In this document: positions 27,784 through 36,466 of the stretch, piece by piece | How the letters are laid out: each line of letters begins with the position of its first letter | How positions within the stretch are numbered: position 1 is the first letter of the stretch | Assembly (NCBI GenBank): GCA_012271205.1 | Contig: JAAXGT010000180.1 | Coordinates: 505-64,504 of the forward strand | Length of the DNA: 64,000 bases | Direction: 5' to 3' | DNA from: Rhodothermales bacterium | GTDB lineage: Bacteria > Bacteroidota > Rhodothermia > Rhodothermales > Bin80 | The notes under the pieces: generated by a model | The model's input: only the letters and a program-made list of their open reading frames with translations | The model's database searches: none | What the model was told of the DNA's origin: nothing | Translations under genes and position numbers: made by a program

Positions 27784-27798
27784 TTGCACTTTGCCGTT
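27784..27798 (+). promoter_or_regulatory. Copy 1 of exact 15-mer TTGCACTTTGCCGTT in the spacer upstream of recX
   Basis: Exact repeat of 29284-29298. Lies 18 nt after the upstream stop codon. Confidence 0.25.
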
Positions 27799-27812
27799 CA
27801 GATCGCCATCCT

Positions 27813-28478
27813 TTGTACATAACTTCATTCAGAGCGGGTATATACTTGGGACGGGTCACACTACTAGAGTTGCAGAAGAAAAACGCATCACGTTTTAGCG
27901 TTTTTATCGACGGTGAGTTTGCGCTTGGGATCGATGCGGATTTGGCCGTTCAATATGGCCTTGAGGAGGGGCAGGAAATTTCGGCCGGAAAGCTGGACTG
28001 CTTGAGGGCCGTCGAAAGCGAACGAAGAAGTCAGGAGATCGCGTTACGCTATATCCGTCATGCGCCACGTTCGGAGCATGACGTTCGTATGCGGCTGCAG
28101 CGCAGTGGGGCAGATGCGAGTGTTGTGGATCGCGTGATTTCGTCGATTAGGGATATGGGCTATCTGGATGATCGCACGTTTGCCCGTGATTATGTCTCGA
28201 ACCGGGTCCGGCACAAGGGCTTCGGGCCGATTCGACTACGGCATGAACTTCTTCGTCATGGCGTACCACAACGCTGGATTGAGGAAGCACTAACGGAATG
28301 CTCCGCCCCGGATGCGCTCATCCATACCGCACGGGCATTGGCCGAGAAGCGGTGGCCACGGCTGTCGGGCCCAGCCGCAAAAAGGCGCAGAAAAATGCGG
28401 GAATTCCTAGTGCGTCGCGGATATTCGTCCGATATTGCCCACCGGGTCATCCGCGAACTCGAGTCCTTGGATTCCTGA
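27813..28478 (+). CDS. recX: Recombination regulator RecX
   Basis: 'RFSVFIDGEFALGI' N-terminus and three-repeat helical RecX-like sequence. Start uncertain (TTG). Confidence 0.7.
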   Translation: MYITSFRAGIYLGRVTLLELQKKNASRFSVFIDGEFALGIDADLAVQYGLEEGQEISAGKLDCLRAVESERRSQEIALRYIRHAPRSEHDVRMRLQRSGADASVVDRVISSIRDMGYLDDRTFARDYVSNRVRHKGFGPIRLRHELLRHGVPQRWIEEALTECSAPDALIHTARALAEKRWPRLSGPAAKRRRKMREFLVRRGYSSDIAHRVIRELESLDS

Positions 28479-28485
28479 TGGCGTC

Positions 28486-29283
28486 ATGATTGACGAGCCA
28501 TCCCTTTCGCACGTGGTGCTGTCGGTAAGGAAGCGCATTCATGAGATTCCGGAGGTGGCCATGGTTTTGGGCAGCGGAATGCAGGGGGCGGTCGACCTGC
28601 TGCAAGATGCAACAACCTGGGAGACGCATACTATTGCCGGTTTTCCGGTGCCTACGGCAGCCGGGCATCCCGGCCGGCTGACTATGGGCTTGATTGACGG
28701 GTGCCGCGTTATCGCCTTGCAGGGCCGTGTTCACCTGTACGAAGGCTATACAATTCGTGAGGTCGTATTCCCTATACGCCTCGTCTATGCACTGGGTGCA
28801 CGTCGCTTGATCGTTACCAATGCAGCCGGCGGCATTCGCAAGGATCTTGTCCCGGGTCGCTTCATGCTTCTAACCGACCATATTCGGGCGGAATCCGTTT
28901 CGCTGTACGGTGCGTGCCCCCCATACTACGATCAGGCCTGGCTGAACCGAGTGCGTGAGGCAGCGCGGAAGGCCGGATTGATGCTTGCCTCCGGCGTGTA
29001 CGTCTGGACTTCGGGCCCCAGTTACGAGACGCCGGCGCAGATAAACTGCTTCGAGCGAATGGGAGGAGACGCCGTGGGAATGAGTACCGTACCGGAAATA
29101 CTCCAGGCCCGGGCTCTTGGCATGCGCGTTATCGCTGTGTCGCTGATTACGAATGCGGCAGCTGGGCGCGGGTCAGCGAAGCTAACGCACCAGGACGTTC
29201 TGCTTAGGGGCGCCAAAGCGCAGTCCACTTTGGGGCGTCTCATCAAAATTATGGTCAATACAGCGACTTCGCAGGCTCTATAG
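28486..29283 (+). CDS. Purine nucleoside phosphorylase (trimeric PNP family)
   Basis: 'GRVHLYEGY', 'NAAGG' and 'GMSTVPE' motifs. ATG 28486 preferred; the ORF-track start 28435 overlaps recX. Confidence 0.85.
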   Translation: MIDEPSLSHVVLSVRKRIHEIPEVAMVLGSGMQGAVDLLQDATTWETHTIAGFPVPTAAGHPGRLTMGLIDGCRVIALQGRVHLYEGYTIREVVFPIRLVYALGARRLIVTNAAGGIRKDLVPGRFMLLTDHIRAESVSLYGACPPYYDQAWLNRVREAARKAGLMLASGVYVWTSGPSYETPAQINCFERMGGDAVGMSTVPEILQARALGMRVIAVSLITNAAAGRGSAKLTHQDVLLRGAKAQSTLGRLIKIMVNTATSQAL

Positions 29284-29298
29284 TTGCACTTTGCCGTT
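29284..29298 (+). promoter_or_regulatory. Copy 2 of exact 15-mer TTGCACTTTGCCGTT in the spacer upstream of the PUR-like gene
   Basis: Exact repeat of 27784-27798. Begins immediately after the upstream TAG and 42 nt before ATG 29340. Confidence 0.25.
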
Positions 29299-29339
29299 GT
29301 GCTTCGGAATTTCCCTAAGCAAAAAACTTTGCCCTACGT

Positions 29340-29723
29340 ATGAGTTACGATACCAAGCTTCATTCCCGCGATACTACAGCGGCCTCCAACGCATCGTCGG
29401 GGACCGTGCGAACCGAAACCGGGCCGAGGTACCGCGATGAAATCTTTTCGCGGCGTATTCCTGCAGGACGCCGCACGTACTATTTTGATGTGAAGACCAC
29501 GCGGTCCGGAGAGGATTTTTTCCTGGTAGTCACTGAAAGCAAAAGGGTTGGCGAACATCGCTACGAAAAACACAAGATTTTCCTGTATAAGGAGGACTTT
29601 GCGAAGTTTGTGCGCGGTTTACACGAAGCAGTGGAGCATATAAAGGCTGAATGCTTGCCCGACTATGATTTCATTGGGTATCCGCAGATCACCTTTCCGG
29701 ACAGCACCGAAAGCGGCGACTAG
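29340..29723 (+). CDS. PUR-alpha-like nucleic-acid-binding protein (DUF3276)
   Basis: 'RRTYYFDVKTTRSGEDFFLVVTESKR...KIFLYKEDFAKF' matches the bacterial PUR/DUF3276 pattern. Confidence 0.7.
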   Translation: MSYDTKLHSRDTTAASNASSGTVRTETGPRYRDEIFSRRIPAGRRTYYFDVKTTRSGEDFFLVVTESKRVGEHRYEKHKIFLYKEDFAKFVRGLHEAVEHIKAECLPDYDFIGYPQITFPDSTESGD

Positions 29724-29755
29724 GTTGATATTGCCCAGTCCGCCTGTTATGAGGG

Positions 29756-31021
29756 ATGATTCCGGTAATTGAGGCGCGGCAATGGGCGCGCAGAGTCCAG
29801 GCATTGGATACAGAGGTCGAGGCCAGAGCGAGGGCCATTGTGGCTGGTGTGGCTGCCGGGGGAGATGAAGCCGTACTGGACTATACCGAGCGCTTTGATT
29901 GCGTCCAACTAAGTCAAATAGGCGTGCCTGCAAATGTGCTCGCACGTGCTTGGGAAGATTCTTCTGCGGACCTTCGCCGGATAATTTCAGATGCCGCGTC
30001 CAATATCCGGCGATTTCACGAGCACCAGCTCCAGCATACGTGGTACGTTGACGACGGTGAAGGCGTGCGGTTAGGGCAACGGCTTCTGCCAGTGGAACGC
30101 GTCGGATTGTATGCACCGGGAGGTACGGCCGCCTATCCGTCAAGTGTGCTTATGACGGCCATTCCGGCCCAGGTAGCTGGGGTTGGGGAGCTTCACTTGG
30201 TAAGCCCGCCACAGGAAAGTGGGTTGCCCCATCCCGCGGTAATGGGGACGGCGCACTTTCTGGGTGTGGATCACGTTTATGCTATCGGGGGGGCACAGGC
30301 CATTGCGGCGCTGGCCTTTGGAACTTCTACTGTGCCCAGGGTGGACATGATCGCCGGACCCGGAAGTGCATACGTTACGGCGGCCAAGAAGGCTGTATTC
30401 GGGCAGGTTGACATCGACAGCTTGGCGGGTCCAAGTGAAATAGTCATTCTTGCTGATGATTCAGCCCGCCCGGACTGGGTGGCGCACGACCTTCTTGCCC
30501 AAGCAGAGCACGATGAGCGGGCATCCGCCATTTTGGTGACGTTCCACAGCCCGCTGGTTGAGGCCGTGTGCGCACACGTGGAACGTTTGATTCCCTCGAT
30601 GCCCCGATCCAGAATTTTGAGGGCAGCCCTGAGCGATAACGGCTTATGCATAGTATCCGACACACTGGAGGAGGCACTGGAGACAGTAAATGCGATAGCG
30701 CCGGAGCATTTGGAACTCATGGTAAAGGATCCTTGGGCCATACTGGAAAAGGTGAGACATGCCGGTGCAGTGTTCGTCGGATCCTGGTCGCCTGAGCCTG
30801 TGGGCGACTATTATGCCGGCCCGAATCATGTATTGCCTACCGGCGGCACGGCGCGCTTTGCTTCTGCATTGGGGGTGGACAATTTTGTGCGAAGGCAAAG
30901 CATAATCGCGTACTCTAAGGAAAGGCTTTTGCGAACAGCCCGGGATATTGCTGTGTTTGCACGCAGCGAAGCTCTGGAAGCGCATGCGCGCAGCGTGGAA
31001 GTGCGCGTAGAGCAATCATGA
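29756..31021 (+). CDS. hisD: Histidinol dehydrogenase
   Basis: 'GGAQAIAALAFGT', 'AGPSEI' and 'QAEHD' motifs. Confidence 0.9.
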   Translation: MIPVIEARQWARRVQALDTEVEARARAIVAGVAAGGDEAVLDYTERFDCVQLSQIGVPANVLARAWEDSSADLRRIISDAASNIRRFHEHQLQHTWYVDDGEGVRLGQRLLPVERVGLYAPGGTAAYPSSVLMTAIPAQVAGVGELHLVSPPQESGLPHPAVMGTAHFLGVDHVYAIGGAQAIAALAFGTSTVPRVDMIAGPGSAYVTAAKKAVFGQVDIDSLAGPSEIVILADDSARPDWVAHDLLAQAEHDERASAILVTFHSPLVEAVCAHVERLIPSMPRSRILRAALSDNGLCIVSDTLEEALETVNAIAPEHLELMVKDPWAILEKVRHAGAVFVGSWSPEPVGDYYAGPNHVLPTGGTARFASALGVDNFVRRQSIIAYSKERLLRTARDIAVFARSEALEAHARSVEVRVEQS

Positions 31022-32115
31022 CTAGACTAGAGCGTGCGCTGGCACAGATCAGACCGGCGGTGCGGATACAGCGGCCGTATCTGGTCGGTGGCCATGGCGA
31101 CGCTATCACCGTCAAACTAAACCAAAACGAGAGCCCCTTCGATCTGCCTGACGAATGCAAGAAGCAGATTGTTGACGCTTGGCAGGCGATGCCGTTTAAC
31201 CGCTATCCGAATGAGCAGCCGAACAGGCTTTGCCAAGCCATCGGGGAATATATTGACTGGGATTCTGCGGGAATCGTTGTGGGCAACGGGTCCAATGAAT
31301 TGATGTATGCCTTGGCTATGGCGTGCGTAAGTTCGCAAAGCCGGGTAGTGCTTCCGCGGCCTATGTTTTCCTTTTACGAAAAAGTGATTCACCTTTACGA
31401 AGGAACCGTGACATCAGTGCCGCCTCGTCCTGATTTCAGCTTCGACACAGAGGCTATAGCAAGTGCCGCCAGCCACATCCAACCAGCGCTTGTCGTACTG
31501 GTGACCCCGAATAATCCCACTGGTATGGCCATGACGCTGGAGGAAGTGCAGACGGTTGTGGACGCAGCGCCAGGCCTCGTATTGGTTGACGAGGCGTACG
31601 TCGAGTTTTCGGCCGAGGCGAGCGCGCGCGAACTGCTTTCCAGCTATCCAAATCTGATTCTGCTGAGAACATTCTCGAAGGCGTTTGGCCTGGCGGGACT
31701 GCGACTGGGTTATCTGGCGGGTCATCCGGACCTCATTGCGGAAATTCTAAAAGCACGTGTCCCATTCATGGTTGACCGGCTCAGCGAGTGCGCAGCAATG
31801 ATGTTGCTACAGTGCCCTGAATTGTTGCAGGCGCGTTGCGATTTGCTGAAGGAAGAGACTCGTGGGCTTCGTTTGGCCTTGGCCGCAATGGAAGGGATGT
31901 CGGTGCTTCCGACCCAAGCCAATTTTGTAGTGTTCAAGCCACCTGCATGCAGCAAAGCGGTGATGGACGGGCTTGCTGCAACCGGTGTGCTTGTGCGGGA
32001 TATGAGTGGTTATCCGGAGTTAGCTGGCTGGTTGCGCGTTAGCGCGGGTACACCTGCAGAGAACAGGGTGTTCTTGCATGCGTTGAAAATTACACTTTCC
32101 GGGCGCTATCACTAG
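31018..32115 (+). CDS. hisC: Histidinol-phosphate aminotransferase
   Basis: 'TPNNPTG' and 'FSKAFGLAGLRLGY' (PLP lysine). ATGA overlap with hisD. Confidence 0.9.
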   Translation: MTRLERALAQIRPAVRIQRPYLVGGHGDAITVKLNQNESPFDLPDECKKQIVDAWQAMPFNRYPNEQPNRLCQAIGEYIDWDSAGIVVGNGSNELMYALAMACVSSQSRVVLPRPMFSFYEKVIHLYEGTVTSVPPRPDFSFDTEAIASAASHIQPALVVLVTPNNPTGMAMTLEEVQTVVDAAPGLVLVDEAYVEFSAEASARELLSSYPNLILLRTFSKAFGLAGLRLGYLAGHPDLIAEILKARVPFMVDRLSECAAMMLLQCPELLQARCDLLKEETRGLRLALAAMEGMSVLPTQANFVVFKPPACSKAVMDGLAATGVLVRDMSGYPELAGWLRVSAGTPAENRVFLHALKITLSGRYH

Positions 32116-32154
32116 CCGGTAACGCTACATGCCTGCACGGGCATTCTTCAGGAA

Positions 32155-32718
32155 ATGGAGCTTATTCACGTAGAGATCATCGGACTGTCTACAAGTCCGT
32201 CGAGTGGAGGGGCATACGCACTAGTTCTGCGAGAGGTGGATGGCGTGCGCCGGCTCCCGATCATAATAGGTGCGTATGAGGCTCAGGCAATTGCGCTCGA
32301 GCTGGAAAACATCCAGCCGCCGCGGCCCATGACGCACGATCTGTTGAGTCAGTTTATGTCGGCGGTTGAAATAGACGTGCTTGATATCATCATTCACACA
32401 CTCAAGGAGGGGACATTTTACGCGAAGATCCGGTACCTGCATGACGGGCAGGAGAAGTACATGGATGCACGTCCCAGTGATGCCGTTGCGGTGGCGGTTC
32501 GCGTGAACGTCGACATTTATGTTTCCCCATCAGTGCTTGAAGAGGCAGGTATCCCGACGGAAGACGAGGGCACGCTCGAGGTAAAAGAGTCCAGACCCAG
32601 GCTTTCACCGGTAGAGCAGATGGAGCAGCAGTTGTCGCGGGCCATTGAGGAGGAGAATTATGAGGAGGCGGCCCGCTTACGCGACGCACTGCTGCAAATG
32701 AAACGAGAGCAAAACTGA
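32155..32718 (+). CDS. Bifunctional nuclease (BFN/DUF151) with C-terminal UVR motif
   Basis: 'LPIIIGAYEAQAIALELE...RPMTHDL' is the DUF151 core; 'EEENYEEAARLRDAL' is a UvrB/C-type motif. Confidence 0.75.
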   Translation: MELIHVEIIGLSTSPSSGGAYALVLREVDGVRRLPIIIGAYEAQAIALELENIQPPRPMTHDLLSQFMSAVEIDVLDIIIHTLKEGTFYAKIRYLHDGQEKYMDARPSDAVAVAVRVNVDIYVSPSVLEEAGIPTEDEGTLEVKESRPRLSPVEQMEQQLSRAIEEENYEEAARLRDALLQMKREQN

Positions 32719-32721
32719 CGT

Positions 32722-34371
32722 GTGCCGGATCGTGAGACGTTTCATCGTCCGATGAAGGCTGCCCAATCGACTTGGATTCCGTACAGCGGAATGCGGCGGG
32801 TCAGTCGACTGTTTGCAACCTACTGTACCGACTACCAGCGGTTGAGTCCATTCTTTGCTGGCTATTGGCGTGAATCTGACAGTTTTGCCCGTGTGGCGTC
32901 GCGTCTTGGTACGCGCCCGCAGGGCTGGAAGAAACTGGTTGATATCCTGAAGGCGCAGAATGAAAAATGGGGCGATGCTCCGGCGTTGGAGAAGCTTGCC
33001 AGCCCCGATGCCTTAGCAGTAGTAACGGGGCAGCAAGTCGGGATTTTTGGTGGACCGCTGTACACGCTCTATAAGGCCATCACTGCCGTGAAACTGGCCC
33101 GGCACTTGGAAGAGGAATTGGCTCGTCCGGTAGTGCCCATTTTCTGGCTGGAAGGGGGTGATCATGATTTTGACGAAGTCAGCAGCATTGTTGTACCCAG
33201 TCTTAGCAGTGTATTTCGTGCGCGATATGCGGGGCACACGCAGCCGGCTAAGGGCAATTTGGGCTCAGTCGGGGCACTTACGTTCACCAGTGATATAAGC
33301 CGGGTCGTAGGGGAGCTCCGGGAGGTTTTGCCCAACAAAAGTGGCCTGTCCGATGTATTCAACACGTTCTACCATGCTTACGTCGAGGACCAGAGTTTTT
33401 CTGATGCGTTCGCCCGCACACTTGTGCGCATGCTGGGGCAGGACCTTGTATTAATTGACCCGGAGTGGCCTGAGGTGAAGCAATTGGCGGCTCCCTTCTT
33501 GCGGCGCGCGATCAGATCGCATGACGAGATCTACAAGCGACTAGGTGAGTCGACTGCAAAAGTGGCACAACGTTTCCATGCGCAGGTACATCCGCGACCC
33601 GTAAATCTCTTTGTGCTTTCCGATTGTGGTCGGGAGGCCGTAAATCCGGACAGTAATGGTTTTCGGCTGTCGGTTTCAGGCCTGCGGCTTTCCCAGGCTG
33701 AGCTACTGGGGCTGCCTCCGGAACGACTCAGCCCCAATGTGGTCTTGCGGCCGCTTACGCAGGATTTCCTGCTGCCCACGGTGGCATATGTAGCTGGTCC
33801 CGGTGAAATCGCCTACTTCGCGCAGTTCAAGGCTCTTTATGAGTGGGCTAAGCGGCCGATGCCGGTTATTTTTCCACGAGCCAGTTTGACCATTGTAGAG
33901 CCGCGTGCGGATAAGACAATGGCGCGCTACCAGCTTGGTGTTGAGGACCTGCAGGCAGATATTTCGCAATTGATGCGCCGTATTGTACTAAGAGGTTCGA
34001 GCTTGGAGGCCGCCTTTACCGGTGCAGCGGATGCGTTGGCAGAGTGTGCAGCCGCCCTGCGGCTGGAGCTTGAGTGCATCGAGCTCACGCTTGGACGCAG
34101 CGTGGAAGCTACACGAGCGCACTGGTTAAAGGAGCTTCAGAAGTTGCAGCGGCGTGCGGAAAGAGCCGAGAAAGGCCGACATGAACAGGTGTGGCTGCAA
34201 CTTCAACGTTGCCGCAATATGCTGTTTCCAGACAATACGATGCAGGAGCGTATCGTCCCTGCACTGTACTATTTGGCTAAGTACGGGGACGCATTTCTGG
34301 AGGTGCTTAGGCAGCATATCCGCATTGATCGCACAGATTCTCACCAAGTGCTTTCAATCACGGGCTGCTAA
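32722..34371 (+). CDS. bshC: Bacillithiol biosynthesis cysteine-adding enzyme BshC
   Basis: ~540-aa protein with 'VVTGQQVGIFGGPLYTLYK' and 'YVAGPGEIAYFAQ' signatures. Start uncertain (GTG 32722 or ATG 32752). Confidence 0.75.
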   Translation: MPDRETFHRPMKAAQSTWIPYSGMRRVSRLFATYCTDYQRLSPFFAGYWRESDSFARVASRLGTRPQGWKKLVDILKAQNEKWGDAPALEKLASPDALAVVTGQQVGIFGGPLYTLYKAITAVKLARHLEEELARPVVPIFWLEGGDHDFDEVSSIVVPSLSSVFRARYAGHTQPAKGNLGSVGALTFTSDISRVVGELREVLPNKSGLSDVFNTFYHAYVEDQSFSDAFARTLVRMLGQDLVLIDPEWPEVKQLAAPFLRRAIRSHDEIYKRLGESTAKVAQRFHAQVHPRPVNLFVLSDCGREAVNPDSNGFRLSVSGLRLSQAELLGLPPERLSPNVVLRPLTQDFLLPTVAYVAGPGEIAYFAQFKALYEWAKRPMPVIFPRASLTIVEPRADKTMARYQLGVEDLQADISQLMRRIVLRGSSLEAAFTGAADALAECAAALRLELECIELTLGRSVEATRAHWLKELQKLQRRAERAEKGRHEQVWLQLQRCRNMLFPDNTMQERIVPALYYLAKYGDAFLEVLRQHIRIDRTDSHQVLSITGC

Positions 34372-35142
34372 TCGTGTGTACCGTATCGACCGGGAGTCAA
34401 GTCCCAGGGGTTGCATCTGATCCTTGAATGTCGTGACTTGCAGTAGTTGTATTGTATCTGGAGTGATGCCTATTCGAATTACTCCCCTGTATCTTGAAAG
34501 AGGTGCTAATCTGAAGTTGCCTTTTTTTTGCGGGCCCGGGGCATGGTAATGGGCCTTGTCGGGGGTGATTTTTGGGCCGTCGTGGCCCGGCCTAATGCCG
34601 TGAGGCGGCCCGGTCGGGCGGAGGGGGTTAAGGGCTGGTCCGGGCTAGTGAACCCCGACCTTGAGCCGTTCGAAGGCGCGCTTTTGCGGGGTCGTTAAAG
34701 GCGCCGTCATCGTGACGCGATGGGCCTTGTCCAAGGCGATTTTCGGCACCACGATATGGCGGCAAAGTCCGGACCGGTGCTTCAGGCGTGTGGAGAGCTA
34801 GGACGTCGACCACGACTGTATCAGTTGGTTGAGAGGGGTGGGCGGAAAAGGAGATATTACCCTTGGACCGCCCCCCAACCATTCCTTGCAGCCATGACCG
34901 CCTCGCAGACCACGCCCTGTCCAAACACGGCCATACCGGCCGGCTGTCCAAGACGGATTCTCGTTGGCTTGTTCACGTCCCCGTCGTTTGCACATAGTAC
35001 AGGTCAGCGCATGGATTTCCGTTCCTGTCTGTATGTTGTGAAAGTGTGAACCCGGATCGGACTTTAGATGTACTTATGAAATATTATTCCGGCGACGCTC
35101 ACGGACTCGATCTGATTGCACTATGCGTAAGTTCTGGCACGT

Positions 35143-36345
35143 GTGCATAACGTCGCGCCAAGTGGGCAGCCTACCCATCCCGTGGAGACCACAGTCGATT
35201 TTGAAGTATTAGGTCCTGCTGATGATGTAATCGACCGTGGGCCGGCCAAATATTTTCACGGGCGGACTCGGATCATGGCTGCATTCGCGCGTGTATGCCG
35301 GAACGCGATACGCCACCAATCAGGCACCATATTTATAGTGCAGGGTGCGCCTGGGGCTGGCAAGACCGCGCTCCTGGCAGAATGCAAAAAGCGTGCACAG
35401 GCGGCGGGATGGCAAGTCGCCGTAATTGATCCAGTTGTGCTGTGGGATCCTCACGAACTGCACAAGGCCTTGGGCAGGGGACGAAGGCAGGGGCTTCAGC
35501 CAAGCTGGGTGTACCCGGCATCGCCACTGTGGTGGCTGCAGCAGACTTGCCACCAGCAACGACGCTGGACCTGCTAACAAGCTCCAGTGACCGACTCCTC
35601 CTTGTGTTGGACGAGGCTCAGCGACTGGGCCGGGCAGAGGCCCCCGTTGGAGAGAATGTCGCAACTGCCAGCATGGTTCTCACCAGCATCCACAACGGTG
35701 GCCTCGGCCGGGCCATCATGTTGCTAGCCGGGGGGTTGGGGACATCAGAACATGCGTTTGAGAAACTTGGGATTTCTAGGTTCGAAGGGGACTGTTGGTG
35801 CATCTGGGTGGTCTGAATCCAGAAGCGGAGCAGGCGGTCCTGTATGACTGGTTGACCAAGGACGGAGGCGCTTAGGGTGACCTAGGGCCGTGGATCGATG
35901 CCATCACAAAAGAAACCTACGGTTGGCCGCAACACGTCCTGTCTTATGTAAAACCTGCCTTGATGCAGCTGCATAAAGACGCCGGACAATTGACCTCTTC
36001 AGGGTTGGACGTGGTGCTTAGTCAGGGCAAGGCTAGGTGAGTGGTTTACTACCAAGGCCGGACAAACGCCTTCGACTCCCGGGATCTTCGGTATGTGGCG
36101 GAGGCGCTTGTTCAACACACGCCGGCAGACGGTGGCAAAAGCAAGACATCTTGGCCACCCTAACTAGGCATTATGAGCCGGGCGAGGCGGAACACCTGTT
36201 TGATCAGGCCCTGCACAAGGGCGTGCTGGCTAGGCACGGGAAGGGGTATGCTTCCCCTGTTCCCTCGATGCGGGACTGGCTGGTATCAGAATATCTAAAC
36301 CAGTCGCCGGGACACTATACTAGAGACACTCCGGTCGGCTGGTGA
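35143..36345 (+). pseudogene. Decayed P-loop NTPase (AAA/ORC-like ATPase) gene, split over three or more frames
   Basis: Frame A carries Walker A 'VQGAPGAGKTALL'. Frame B carries Walker B 'LLLVLDEAQRLG'. The C-terminal parts ('WIDAITKETYGWPQHVLSYV', 'QDILATLTRHYEPGEAEHLFDQALHKGVL') lie in other frames and are interrupted by stops. Confidence 0.55.
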
Positions 36346-36466
36346 CCATGCGCCCGACACGTGTTTGTGACGTACGTCTTGGGTCCGCTGTCGTGCCTCT
36401 CGTGTGAGTGAACCAGAGAGCACCAAACGGCTCCTACATCGGATACATAAACACCCGGATAGCCGG

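Noticed and set aside
27784-27798. Reading TTGCACTTTGCCGTT as a sigma-54 (-24/-12) promoter
   Set aside because: TTGCAC deviates at the invariant GG, and the -12 'TTGC' is not at the required spacing (the sequence there is CGTT). It also does not fit the Bacteroidetes TAnnTTTG -7 element.
34455-34500. 'TTCGAAT' T-loop-like string near the island border, as a possible tRNA integration target
   Set aside because: The flanking bases do not form a T-stem or acceptor stem on either strand, and I could not fold a cloverleaf by eye. This needs tRNAscan to be formally excluded.
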